From positions 64,001 to 128,000 of the forward strand of contig CBDCXM010000002.1 in NCBI GenBank assembly GCA_965223855.1: a DNA stretch of 64,000 nt, in the 5' to 3' direction. Position 1 is the stretch's first letter. The number at the start of each line of letters is the position of its first letter. This document shows, piece by piece, positions 29,658-38,766 of the stretch. The translations under genes and the position numbers were made by a program. The notes beneath the pieces were generated by a model. The model searched no databases and was not told the origin of the DNA. It saw only the letters and a list, made by a program, of their open reading frames with translations. The stretch is from Candidatus Multivoradales bacterium. GTDB lineage: Bacteria; Acidobacteriota; Thermoanaerobaculia; Multivoradales; JAHEKO01.

Positions 29658-30599
29658 CTAGGAGGACTCGCTTGCCGCGGCCGGTCGAGGGCGGTCCGCT
29701 TCCGAAACCGTTGTCTTCGTCGTTCGATGGATCGGTCCGCTGCTTTGCGGGCCCGAGAAGAAGCCGAGGAGAAGCGGTACCGGCTCCTCACCGCTGCGCG
29801 CGATGATCCACTCACAGGCACGCACGCAGTCTCCGCACTCGAGGCAGTGATTGCGCCCGGGAGCTTCGGCGATCGAGATGCCGGGGCGCTCGCCGGTGGG
29901 AGCGAAGAGGTCTCGAGGGGCGAGCTCGACAGGGCAGACGTTGTCGCAGGCGTCGCAGTCGATGCAGGTCTCGGCCTCGTTGCGGAAGTGGACGCCGAAC
30001 CAGTGGGCAGGGGAGACGAACGAGTAGTAGAGCCCGATCGGGCAGGTGGTCATGCAGAAGCGCCACCGCCACCACCGGCCGTGCGCGTAGCAGACGAGCG
30101 TCAGCGCGATCGCCGCCGCTCCGGCTGCGGCGGAAGCGCCGGGACCGGCGGTCGCCAGGGAGCGGGGATCGACCCACCACGTCAGGACCGACACGGCAAG
30201 GGCGGCTGAGAAGCCGAGGGCGGCGAGCCGGGTGCGCGCTCTCGAACGGCCGCGACGCTGAGGCACCTCGAGCGCCTCGCCGAAACGCGAAAGCTGCCCG
30301 ATCGGACAACCCCAGCCACAGAAGAGCCGTCCGCCGACGAGGTTGACGAGGAAGGTCGCCACATAGAACGCGCCGATCGCGACGACGACTCCCGCGAAGG
30401 CGTTGCGAGCGGAGGTCGGTTCGAAGAGAAGCCGATGCCGTCCCCCGAGCAGGTCGAGCCGTGCCAGCCCGCTCGAGGGCACGGCGAAGAGCACGGCGAG
30501 CGTGACAGCCATACCGCCCGCGCGAAGGATGTCGTAGCGATGGGGGCTCACCCGCAGGGCGCCGAGCAGACGCCGGCGAAGCGGTGTGGTGCGGGCCAT
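29658..30599 (-). CDS. Membrane 4Fe-4S binding protein, CcoG/FixG/NapH-like
   Basis: GRLFCGWGCP, FCMTTCP, CIDCDACDNVCP and CLECGDCVRAC motifs. Confidence 0.85.
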   Translation of the reverse strand: MARTTPLRRRLLGALRVSPHRYDILRAGGMAVTLAVLFAVPSSGLARLDLLGGRHRLLFEPTSARNAFAGVVVAIGAFYVATFLVNLVGGRLFCGWGCPIGQLSRFGEALEVPQRRGRSRARTRLAALGFSAALAVSVLTWWVDPRSLATAGPGASAAAGAAAIALTLVCYAHGRWWRWRFCMTTCPIGLYYSFVSPAHWFGVHFRNEAETCIDCDACDNVCPVELAPRDLFAPTGERPGISIAEAPGRNHCLECGDCVRACEWIIARSGEEPVPLLLGFFSGPQSSGPIHRTTKTTVSEADRPRPAAASESS

Positions 30600-30605
30600 G
30601 GAGTG

Positions 30606-30677
30606 ACGCTAGCAGCGGTGCGGGGTCGCCCACCCACCCGCTCGGGTGGTGTGCAGCTTCCGCCGCGCTGCTAGCTT
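30606..30677. promoter_or_regulatory. Back-to-back extended -10 promoters forming an inverted repeat
   Basis: gctagcagcg (30608-30617) and cgctgctagc (30666-30675); reads TGcTAGCGT on minus and TGcTAGCTT on plus; inner hairpin ccaccc/gggtgg. Confidence 0.5.
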
Positions 30678-30712
30678 GCGCACATTCTTCGAGCCCTTAC
30701 CTGGGAGTCCGC

Positions 30713-31327
30713 ATGGACGAACGAAAGAGAAGAGCTGCGATCGAGGACCACCTCGAAGCGATTCGCCGGTTGGAGTCGGAAGCCGCGAGGGGGTCCGGAG
30801 CCGCGAAGACCGCGTGGCCGCCCGACGGCTTCTACATGACCTGGCACGTGCTCGCCGGCCTGGTGCTCGGAGCCGTGGCGGCGGCGGTCAGCCTGATCCT
30901 CAACGTCGTCGGAGCCCCGATGTTCGGCCACCGGCCGTTCGACCTGGTGCGCACGTACCTGACGTTCCCGATGGGGGAGCGCGCCCTCCAGGTGGAGGAC
31001 GGAGCCGTCCTGACGATCGGCTCGATCCTCTACCTTGCGACCGGAGCTGTCGTCGGGTTGGCGCTACACCTCTTCATGAGAGTGCGCTACGACGGGGTCT
31101 CGCTCGGCAGGCGACTCGCCCTGGCGACCGTGGTCGGCGTCGTGTTGTGGATCACGAGCTTCTATCTGATCCTGAGCTGGCTGCAACCGAAGCTCCTGGG
31201 TGGCAACTGGATCGTCGAGGGAATCCCATGGTGGGTCGGGCTCGGCACCCACCTCGCCTTCACCTGGAGCCTCGCTCTCGGTGAGGGGATGACGAGATTC
31301 GACCGACCCGAGGAGGCGACATCGTGA
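30713..31327 (+). CDS. Membrane protein (about 4 TM), first gene of the oxidase operon
   Basis: Hydrophobic helices; GTGA coupling to the next gene. Confidence 0.75.
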   Translation: MDERKRRAAIEDHLEAIRRLESEAARGSGAAKTAWPPDGFYMTWHVLAGLVLGAVAAAVSLILNVVGAPMFGHRPFDLVRTYLTFPMGERALQVEDGAVLTIGSILYLATGAVVGLALHLFMRVRYDGVSLGRRLALATVVGVVLWITSFYLILSWLQPKLLGGNWIVEGIPWWVGLGTHLAFTWSLALGEGMTRFDRPEEATS

Positions 31328-32331
31328 CGATTCCGGAGGCGTTGAGGGGCGCCGCCTTTTCAGGTCTGCTGGTGGCGGCGGGCGCGGTGCAAGCGCAGCC
31401 GGCCGGAGTCGACGACGAGGCACTCGAGTACCCGAAGTGGGAGACCGTGGCTCCCGGAGAGAACCCGTCCTACAACCAGCGGGAGAGCCTCCTTCAACGC
31501 GGCAAGCTGGTCTACGAGAAGTACTGCGTCGGCTGCCACGGCGGTGCGGGGGACGGCGCGGGACCGGCGGCGGCGCGGCTGCTGACCCAGCCGCGGGACT
31601 TCACGAGCGGGATCTACAAGTTCCGCTCGACCGACTCGAGCAGCCTGCCGCTGGAGGAGGATCTCTACCGGACGATCACCCGCGGGCTGGCCCGCGTGTC
31701 GATGCCCGCCTTCCCGCTGATGCCGGAGAACGAGAAGGTCGCCGTGATCGCCTACATCGCGAGTTTCTACCCGCAGTGGGAGGCGCAGAAGGGCTCCCGG
31801 GCGATCGTCGAGGTGCCGAATGCGCCCGCCGACCTCATGAGCCCGGACCGGATTGCGCGTGGCCGGGTCTCCTACCTGGCGACGCAGTGCTGGAAATGCC
31901 ACGGCACGGATGGACGGGGCGCTGGGGCCACACAGACGGAGTACGTCGACGCGTGGGGCAACGCTCAGAAGCCGTTCGACTTCACCCGCGGAGATCTCAA
32001 GGGGGGTGGAGCTCCGGAGGACATCTACCGGATCTTCCACACCGGACTGAGGAGCATCATGCCGTCGTTCGGCGGCGACACGATGGGCCGGGTCAGCCGA
32101 CAGGCCTTCGAACTCAGCGCCAACGAGCTGCCGCCCGGAGAGGTCGACGACCTCGCGCCGTGGCTAGAGGCGTTCCCCGCCGACGCTCTCGAGGTCAGTC
32201 AGCTCGGGCCTGAGGAGCTGCTCGCAGCGGCGGAGCGCAATTCATGGGATCTCGTGGCCTACATCCTGTCGCTGAGGACCGACACCTCGACCGCGGCGGC
32301 CGTACTCGGACCGCAGGGGGTTTCACCGTGA
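31324..32331 (+). CDS. Di-heme cytochrome c, probable CcoP-equivalent electron donor
   Basis: Signal peptide; CVGCH..MPAF and CWKCH..MPSF. Confidence 0.85.
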   Translation: MTIPEALRGAAFSGLLVAAGAVQAQPAGVDDEALEYPKWETVAPGENPSYNQRESLLQRGKLVYEKYCVGCHGGAGDGAGPAAARLLTQPRDFTSGIYKFRSTDSSSLPLEEDLYRTITRGLARVSMPAFPLMPENEKVAVIAYIASFYPQWEAQKGSRAIVEVPNAPADLMSPDRIARGRVSYLATQCWKCHGTDGRGAGATQTEYVDAWGNAQKPFDFTRGDLKGGGAPEDIYRIFHTGLRSIMPSFGGDTMGRVSRQAFELSANELPPGEVDDLAPWLEAFPADALEVSQLGPEELLAAAERNSWDLVAYILSLRTDTSTAAAVLGPQGVSP

Positions 32332-32398
32332 TGATGACGACGATCCGTCGACCGAACCCGGGAACCGATCCCGGACTTCCGCCCGGGGTAGCGAAGCG

Positions 32399-33844
32399 AT
32401 GACCGCGACTGCCGAAGCTCTGTCGCCCTCCGCCGTCGGGACACCGCTCTCGAACCGAACGCTCGTCCGCTGGCACCTGTGTGCCGGTGTGACCTGGCTG
32501 GCGATCGCGCTCGTGGCCGGGTTGCTGTATTCGCTGCAGCTGCTGCAGCACTGGCCGCTGCCGAAGATCGCAACGCTGTCGCCGGGCCGGATCCGAATGG
32601 TGCACACGAACCTGATCGCCTTCGGCTTTCTGACGAACTCGTTCCTCGCGATGCTCTACTGGACGGTGCCGCGACTCACCGGGCGGCGCGTCGCCTCCAA
32701 CGGTCTCGGCTGGATCATCTTCGGCGCCTGGAACCTGATCATTCTCGGCACCTGGGTCGGCCTCCACATCGGCGAGGCCCAGGCGATCGAGTGGGGCGAG
32801 ACGCCGGTGTGGATCGATCCGCTGGTCGTCGTGGGCGCGATCCTCGTGTGGATCCAGTTCTACCGGCCGATCGTCAAGACGACGGAGCGGTCCCTGTACG
32901 TCTCGTTGTGGTACTTCACCGCGGGCTTCATCTGGCTCGGGCTGACCTACATCATGGGGAACTTTTTCCCCCAGTATCTCGTCGCCGGCAACGCGGCGGG
33001 ACCGCTGCTGGGACTCTACATTCACGACCTGGTCGGCCTGTGGGTGACGCCGATGGGGTGGGGGATGATGTACTTCTTCGTCCCGATCATCCTGCGCAAG
33101 CCGATCTGGTCGCATGCGCTCTCACTCGTCGGTTTCTGGGGGCTCGCCTTCTTCTATCCGCTGCAGGGGGTCCATCACTTCCTCGGCTCGCCGATCCCGA
33201 TGTTCGCGCAGTACAGCGCCGTCATCTCGACGATCGCCGTCGAGATCGTCGTCGCGACCGTGATCATCAACTTCTTCATGACCTGGAAGGGGAGCGAGGG
33301 GACTCTGCAGCGCTCGATCCCGATCCGCTGGTTCTGGGTCGGCGCGCTGTGCTACGCGATCACCTGCCTGCAGTGCGCCTTCCAGGTCACCTTGACCTTC
33401 CAGCAGGTGATCCACTTCACGGACTGGGTCGTGGCCCACGCGCATCTCGTGATGTTCGGGGTCTTCAGCTTCTGGATCTTCGGCATGATCGAGCATCTGT
33501 GGCCGAAGCTGACCGGGAACGAGTGGTGGTCGAGCGGCCTGCGCCGCTGGAGCTTCTGGTGTACCTCGCTCGGGCTGCTGGTGATGTTCGTCACGCTGAC
33601 CGCCGGCGGTCTGATCGAGGGCTTCATGGCGATGAACCTGGTGCCGCGCGAGACGATCCTGACTACGATGCAGCCGTACTGGCTGGTTCGCTCCCTGAGC
33701 GGCGTTTCGATCATGGTCGGTGTCGGTGCACTGCTGACGAACATGGTGCTGACGGCGCGGATCCGGCGCGCGGCCCACGTCGATACCGAGTACGCCCCGT
33801 ACGAGGAGCACGAGAACGAGGAGGTGACGCTTGGAGCGGTTTAG
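32399..33844 (+). CDS. ccoN: cbb3-type (C-family) heme-copper oxidase subunit I, divergent
   Basis: Six His ligands (VHTN, IHDLVG, GVHH, AHAH), helix-VII Tyr (FYPLQGVHH), EWGE and HFTDW. Confidence 0.85.
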   Translation: MTATAEALSPSAVGTPLSNRTLVRWHLCAGVTWLAIALVAGLLYSLQLLQHWPLPKIATLSPGRIRMVHTNLIAFGFLTNSFLAMLYWTVPRLTGRRVASNGLGWIIFGAWNLIILGTWVGLHIGEAQAIEWGETPVWIDPLVVVGAILVWIQFYRPIVKTTERSLYVSLWYFTAGFIWLGLTYIMGNFFPQYLVAGNAAGPLLGLYIHDLVGLWVTPMGWGMMYFFVPIILRKPIWSHALSLVGFWGLAFFYPLQGVHHFLGSPIPMFAQYSAVISTIAVEIVVATVIINFFMTWKGSEGTLQRSIPIRWFWVGALCYAITCLQCAFQVTLTFQQVIHFTDWVVAHAHLVMFGVFSFWIFGMIEHLWPKLTGNEWWSSGLRRWSFWCTSLGLLVMFVTLTAGGLIEGFMAMNLVPRETILTTMQPYWLVRSLSGVSIMVGVGALLTNMVLTARIRRAAHVDTEYAPYEEHENEEVTLGAV

Positions 33845-34520
33845 CTTCGTCTTCCTGGTGGCAGGGATCGGATTCTTCGCCATCGCCTTTGTCGCCAGCG
33901 CCTGGATCCCGATGCTCCCGGTGCAGCACCTCGAGGTGCGCACGGTCGAGCAGCTGGCGGCCGGGCAGCCGCTCGAGTGGCACGAGCTCAAAGACCAGTA
34001 TCCGGAGGCGTTCGAAGCCGCCTTCGGAGGCATGAGCGACGAAGCCGCCTTCGCCGAGGCACTGAGGGTCGGCCACAAGACCTACGTCGGCGAGGCGTGC
34101 TGGCACTGTCACAGCCAGCAGGTGCGGCCGTGGGGCAACGACGAGGCTCGCTACGGGCGTCGCGCCTTCCCGGAGGAGTACCACAACGAGCTCAACATGC
34201 CGCCGCTGTGGGGAACCCGCCGGATCGGGCCCGACCTGAGCCGCAGGGGCGGACGGCAGTCGAACGACTGGCACGTTGCCCACTTCTACCACCCGCCCGA
34301 CGTCAACCCGGTCAGCGTGATGCCGAGCTACCCGTGGTTCCTCGAGGAGGACGGCGTGACCCCGAACAAGACCGGTTTGTCGATCATCGCCTACGTTCAG
34401 TGGCTCGGCAGTTGGGTCGAGACGATCGACGAGACGGTCTACGAGATCGATGCGATCGAGCAGCGCTACCCGGCCCCCGACCTGACCGCCGCCGTGGGTG
34501 AAGCCGGGGGTGAAGGATGA
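33831..34520 (+). CDS. ccoO: cbb3 oxidase subunit II (monoheme)
   Basis: CWHCHSQQVRP, WGTRRIGPDLSR.GG and SVMPSY motifs. Confidence 0.9.
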   Translation: MERFSFVFLVAGIGFFAIAFVASAWIPMLPVQHLEVRTVEQLAAGQPLEWHELKDQYPEAFEAAFGGMSDEAAFAEALRVGHKTYVGEACWHCHSQQVRPWGNDEARYGRRAFPEEYHNELNMPPLWGTRRIGPDLSRRGGRQSNDWHVAHFYHPPDVNPVSVMPSYPWFLEEDGVTPNKTGLSIIAYVQWLGSWVETIDETVYEIDAIEQRYPAPDLTAAVGEAGGEG

Positions 34521-34888
34521 GCGCCGTCCGTCCCGCCGAGGGGCCCCGCGGGGTCGCTCCCTCGCCGCAGCCCTCGGATCTTTCGCCCCGCGGCAGAGCG
34601 TTCCTGTGGGCGTTCTCCATAGCGATGATCCTGGTGGCCGGGTCCGCCTTCGTCCTCAAGCTGATCGAATTCACGACGACGGCGACCCGCGAAGGCACCG
34701 GAGCTCTCGCGTCTTTCCTGATCCCGGTGCTCAACTACCTGCTCGTCGCGGCCGGCTTCTTCTGTCTCTTCCTGTGGGCCTACTTCCGGGGCCACTATCG
34801 CGACGTCGAGGGACCGAAGTACAGGATGCTGGAGCTGGCGAGCGAGGTCGATCGCGCCGAGCGCCAGGGAGGAGGAACAGATGGCTGA
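34517..34888 (+). CDS. CcoS/FixS-like two-TM maturation protein
   Basis: FLWAYFRGHYRDVEGPKYRML matches the CcoS pattern FLWAxxxGQxDDxxxPxxRxL. Confidence 0.7.
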   Translation: MSAVRPAEGPRGVAPSPQPSDLSPRGRAFLWAFSIAMILVAGSAFVLKLIEFTTTATREGTGALASFLIPVLNYLLVAAGFFCLFLWAYFRGHYRDVEGPKYRMLELASEVDRAERQGGGTDG

Positions 34889-35030
34889 GACTCCGGAACG
34901 AAAGCCCTTCCGCCGCCACAAGTACCTCGACTACAAGGGGTACGACTTCCCGTGGTACGCGTCGCTCATCTGGATCTCGTTCTTCATCGGCGGGCTGATC
35001 TACTTCGTCCGCTTCGTGCTGTTGGAGTGA
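34881..35030 (+). CDS. 49-aa single-TM protein (CcoQ or FixP N-terminus-like)
   Basis: Strong SD GGAGGAGG; MAETPERKPFRRHKYLDYKGYDFPWYASLIWISFFIGGLIYFVRFVLLE; absent from the ORF track. Confidence 0.75.
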   Translation: MAETPERKPFRRHKYLDYKGYDFPWYASLIWISFFIGGLIYFVRFVLLE

Positions 35031-35037
35031 TCGGGTG

Positions 35038-37245
35038 ATGGCGACGTCGGGGGAGGAAGGGGCGACCCCGACGGCGTCGTGTGTCCAGTGCGGCCTGCCC
35101 GTGCGGCGGCCTGCGAAGAAGTCCGGCGGGAGTGCACTCGCGTTCTGCTGTCTGGGGTGCGCGGTCGTCCACCGGCTCGCGCTTCCCTCGATGCAAGGGG
35201 GAGGGACGGGGAGCGGCTCGACCGTACTGCTGCGTCTCGGGCTCGGCATCTTCCTGACCCTCAACGTGATGGTGGCGAGCTGGCTCTCGTACTCCAGCGA
35301 GATCCTGGGCGTCGAGCCGGCGGCCGGCGGCGAGTCCGCCCTGGCGGCGATGGCGGCGTACCTGGCGATGACGCTGACGACGTGCGTCGTCGCACTTCTC
35401 GGCGTCCCGTTGCTCGTCGATTCGGTGAGGGCACTGGTTCTCGAGCGTCGCCTCGACGCGCAGTTGCTGGTGGTTCTCAGCGTCTTCTCGGCCTTCGTTC
35501 TGAGCGTCGTGCACACCGTGCGCGGCAGCGGGTCGCTCTACTTCGACACCGCGGCGCTGGTGCTGGTAATCGTGACTCTCGGAGCGCAGATGGAGGCGAG
35601 CGCCCGTCGGCGTGCCGGGGCTCATGCGCGGCGGCTGCTCGTCGACTTGCCCTCCGGCGCCAGGGTGTGGCGTGACGGCGCGTGGGATGAGGTGCCGCCG
35701 TCCGAACTCGAGGTGGGGGAGCGGGTGCAGATCCCGGCGGGTGAGACGGTGGCGGTCGACGGCGTCGTCGAGGAGGGCGAGAGCCAGGTCGACGAGGCCT
35801 GTCTCACCGGAGAGTCGCGACCTCGCTTCGTCGCAGCGGGAGACGCGCTGCTGGCGGGGGCGCAGAACTTCGACGGTCGTCTCGTCGTCCGGGTCGGACG
35901 GCCGGCGGCCGACACGGTGCTCGCCCAGATGGAGCGGTCGCTTCGACAGGCCCGCGGCTCGCGACCCCCGGTGCAGCGACTCGCCGACCGCATCGCCGCG
36001 ATCTTCGTGCCCGGAGTCGTCGTCCTGGCGCTGTCGCTGCTGGTCGTGCTCTGGGCGCGTGGAAGTGCGGCCGAAGGCCTGATCCGTGCGTTGAGCGTGC
36101 TGCTGATCGCCTGCCCGTGCGCTCTGGGGCTGGCAGCTCCGCTGGCGAGTTGGGTCGGCCTGCGACGAGCCGCCCGGCTCGGAGTGCTCGTCGACTCCGC
36201 CGCGACGCTCGAGCGCGCGGCGGCGGTCGACCGGCTGTTCGTCGACAAGACGGGCACGCTCAGCGTTCCCGACCCGGCGCTCGACTCGATCGTCACCGCC
36301 GAGGGTCTCTCTCGCGGCGAGGCGCTATCGATGGCGGCGGCACTCGAGACGGCGAGCCGCCATCCTGTGGCCGCCGCGGTGCTCGAGGCCGCCGCGGCCG
36401 CGGGGACTCGTCCCTGCGAGGTCGAGCGGGCCCGCCAGGTCGTGGCGCGAGGCGTCGAAGGTCGGATCGACGGCCGGAAGGTGAGGCTGGGGAGTGCGCG
36501 CTGGGCACGAGAGCACGGTGTCGACCCCGGGCGGCTGACCGGCGCCGTCGATGCCGACTCGGGTTCGGAGGGCTCCGCTGCGGATGGGAAAGAAGGGGAG
36601 GGTCTGGTTCTGTTCGACGACCGACCGCTGGCGGTGTTCGAACTGGCGGAGCGGCCTCGTCCGGACGTCGTTCCCATGCTCCGGCAACTGCACGCGACCG
36701 GCGTCGAAGTCAGACTCCTCAGCGGCGACGAGGAGAGCAGAGTTCGGGCGTTCGCCGAGCGCTTCGGCCTGCAGGCACAGGGAGAGCTGAGCTCTGAGGA
36801 CAAGCTCGCAGTGGTTCGGGAGGCGGCGTCCCGCTCGGGTGGACGCGGCGCGGTCGCCATGCTCGGCGACGGAGTCAACGACGCCGCGGTCCTGGCGGGT
36901 GCGGACGTCGGGATCTCGGTCGGCTCGGCGAGCGACCTGGCGCGCCGGGCCGGCAACGTGAGGTTGGTGGGCGACCGGCTGACTGCGGTGCCCGAGCTGT
37001 TGACTCTGGCACGCGACGTGCGCCGGAGAATTCGCTGGAACCTCGCCTTCGCCTTCGGCTTCAACTCGGTCGGAGTGACCCTTGCGGCCTTCGGTGTGCT
37101 GACTCCGGTCTTCGCTGCGCTGGCGATGCTCCTGTCGAGCCTGGCGGTGCTGAGGATCTCGACGCGCGCCCCGGCCGCTCCCTCGCCGGAGTCCGACGAA
37201 GTGGCCCTCTGGCCTCTGCCGGCCGCACCCGAGGCGACCGGATGA
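35038..37245 (+). CDS. ccoI: Heavy-metal P1B-type ATPase, CcoI/FixI-like
   Basis: CxxC and FCCxGC at the N-terminus; LTGES, CPCALG, DKTGT, HP and GDGVND motifs. Confidence 0.85.
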   Translation: MATSGEEGATPTASCVQCGLPVRRPAKKSGGSALAFCCLGCAVVHRLALPSMQGGGTGSGSTVLLRLGLGIFLTLNVMVASWLSYSSEILGVEPAAGGESALAAMAAYLAMTLTTCVVALLGVPLLVDSVRALVLERRLDAQLLVVLSVFSAFVLSVVHTVRGSGSLYFDTAALVLVIVTLGAQMEASARRRAGAHARRLLVDLPSGARVWRDGAWDEVPPSELEVGERVQIPAGETVAVDGVVEEGESQVDEACLTGESRPRFVAAGDALLAGAQNFDGRLVVRVGRPAADTVLAQMERSLRQARGSRPPVQRLADRIAAIFVPGVVVLALSLLVVLWARGSAAEGLIRALSVLLIACPCALGLAAPLASWVGLRRAARLGVLVDSAATLERAAAVDRLFVDKTGTLSVPDPALDSIVTAEGLSRGEALSMAAALETASRHPVAAAVLEAAAAAGTRPCEVERARQVVARGVEGRIDGRKVRLGSARWAREHGVDPGRLTGAVDADSGSEGSAADGKEGEGLVLFDDRPLAVFELAERPRPDVVPMLRQLHATGVEVRLLSGDEESRVRAFAERFGLQAQGELSSEDKLAVVREAASRSGGRGAVAMLGDGVNDAAVLAGADVGISVGSASDLARRAGNVRLVGDRLTAVPELLTLARDVRRRIRWNLAFAFGFNSVGVTLAAFGVLTPVFAALAMLLSSLAVLRISTRAPAAPSPESDEVALWPLPAAPEATG

Positions 37246-37913
37246 GGCTGGGCGACGGACCGGAGTTCTGGGCGGCGACGTCGGCGCTCTTCGTGGCAGG
37301 CCTCGTCGGCAGCCTTCACTGTGTCGTCATGTGCGGTCCGCTGCACGCGGCCGCTGCCCGCCTGCAGGCGAAGACGACGCAGAGCCCTCTGTCGGGCGCC
37401 CTCGTCTTTCAGCTCGGGAGAGTGTGGACCTACGGCCTCCTGGGCCTGCTGGTGGGCCTGGCAGGGGTTCGTCTGGAAGCGGGTTTGCAGACGATCGGCT
37501 GGCTGCGACCGGTCGCCGTCGCCGCGGGGCTGCTGATGGTGGCGGCAGGCGTGACGATCGCACTGCGTGGCGGCACCTGGCTGCCGCAGCGCTGCCTCTC
37601 CTGGTTGGGCTCGCGGCGCGGCTTCGGCGGCGCCCTGCGTTCGCAGCCGAAGGTCGTCCTCGGAGCCCTCTCGGGCCTGGTTCCGTGCGGGCTGGTCTAC
37701 GCCGCACTTCTGGTTGCTGCGACTGCGGCGAAGCCGTGGCAGGCCGCGGCGGCGATGGTGGCCTTCGGTGCCGGAACGCTCGTACCCCTCACGGCACTGA
37801 CGGTCGGCTCCATGCGACTTCCCTCGAGGTGGGCGGCGCGGGAATCCGCCGTGACCTCGGGACTGCTGATGGTGGCCGGCAGCCTCCTGCTATTCAGGGC
37901 GTGGGCGGGCTGA
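37242..37913 (+). CDS. DsbD_2/TauE-SafE-like membrane protein (cbb3 maturation)
   Basis: GSLHCVVMCG, PCGLVY and FGAGT motifs. Confidence 0.85.
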   Translation: MRLGDGPEFWAATSALFVAGLVGSLHCVVMCGPLHAAAARLQAKTTQSPLSGALVFQLGRVWTYGLLGLLVGLAGVRLEAGLQTIGWLRPVAVAAGLLMVAAGVTIALRGGTWLPQRCLSWLGSRRGFGGALRSQPKVVLGALSGLVPCGLVYAALLVAATAAKPWQAAAAMVAFGAGTLVPLTALTVGSMRLPSRWAARESAVTSGLLMVAGSLLLFRAWAG

Positions 37914-38113
37914 CGAGGCTCGCGGCCGAGCCGCACGACTTCCACGACGACCGGACAGCCCGCGAGTGGTTGGGGACCCCTCGAGCGTCCAACCGACCGG
38001 CCTGCCTGGATCCCCTGGCCCGAACCGTCGGGTCCGGCAGCCGAGCGCCTTCGGAGCTATGCTCGCAGCCCGGGGGAGGGAACCCTGGGGCGGCAGCTGC
38101 CGGCTGTCTACCT

Positions 38114-38647
38114 TCAGTCCTCTGTGAGACCGAGTCGCTCCCTCACGACACCCTCGAGACTCGTCAGCCCGGACTCGAGCCCGATCTCGAGCGCTTCTGC
38201 GCCGCTCCGGCCGTCGACGAAGTGCGCCTCGAGCGCGAACAGGCCGCCGACGCGGTTGCCACTGCCGCAGTGAACGAGGGTCGGTCGCGGGAGCTCGTCG
38301 AGCAGGCGGGCGAACTCCCGCGCCGACTCCTCGGTGAGTCCTGCAGCGCCCTCGATCGGGAGCTCGAAGTACTCGAGGCCGAAGCGCTCGACCTCTTCTC
38401 CACGAATCGACGATTCTTCGCCGCCCCGCAGGTTGAGGACCGAGGCGTAGCCGGCGTCGGCGAGCCCGGCGAGCGCGTCCTCGGTCGGTTGCCCGCCGAC
38501 GAGGATCCCGCCTTCGAGCAGTTTGCCGTTCGGCACGAGAGCCGTGACGTCCGGGTCGGTTGCGTCCTCGTCGGCATGAGCCGCCGCCAGCATCGTGACC
38601 GCGAAGACCAGGGAGACGAAGAGGGAGAGGCGTCGCGTCAGGTTCAT
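38114..38647 (-). CDS. Periplasmic Blh/DUF442 phosphatase-fold sulfurtransferase-like protein
   Basis: Signal peptide; GGQP, VLNLR and HCGSGNR (Cx5R). Confidence 0.75.
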   Translation of the reverse strand: MNLTRRLSLFVSLVFAVTMLAAAHADEDATDPDVTALVPNGKLLEGGILVGGQPTEDALAGLADAGYASVLNLRGGEESSIRGEEVERFGLEYFELPIEGAAGLTEESAREFARLLDELPRPTLVHCGSGNRVGGLFALEAHFVDGRSGAEALEIGLESGLTSLEGVVRERLGLTED

Positions 38648-38766
38648 CCCGTGACGCTATCGCACGACGGCCCAGAGCCGAACTCGGGGGGCGAGATCCC
38701 GCCCTGCCGGCGTCTCCCGGCGGGCGCCTCCGACACTCTTCCGAGACTCGGTTATATTCGCTCCAC

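Noticed and set aside
32399-33844. Nitric oxide reductase NorB assignment
   Set aside because: It lacks the HLWVEG glutamate motif, retains the helix-VII Tyr, and sits with ccoO and Cu-delivery genes.
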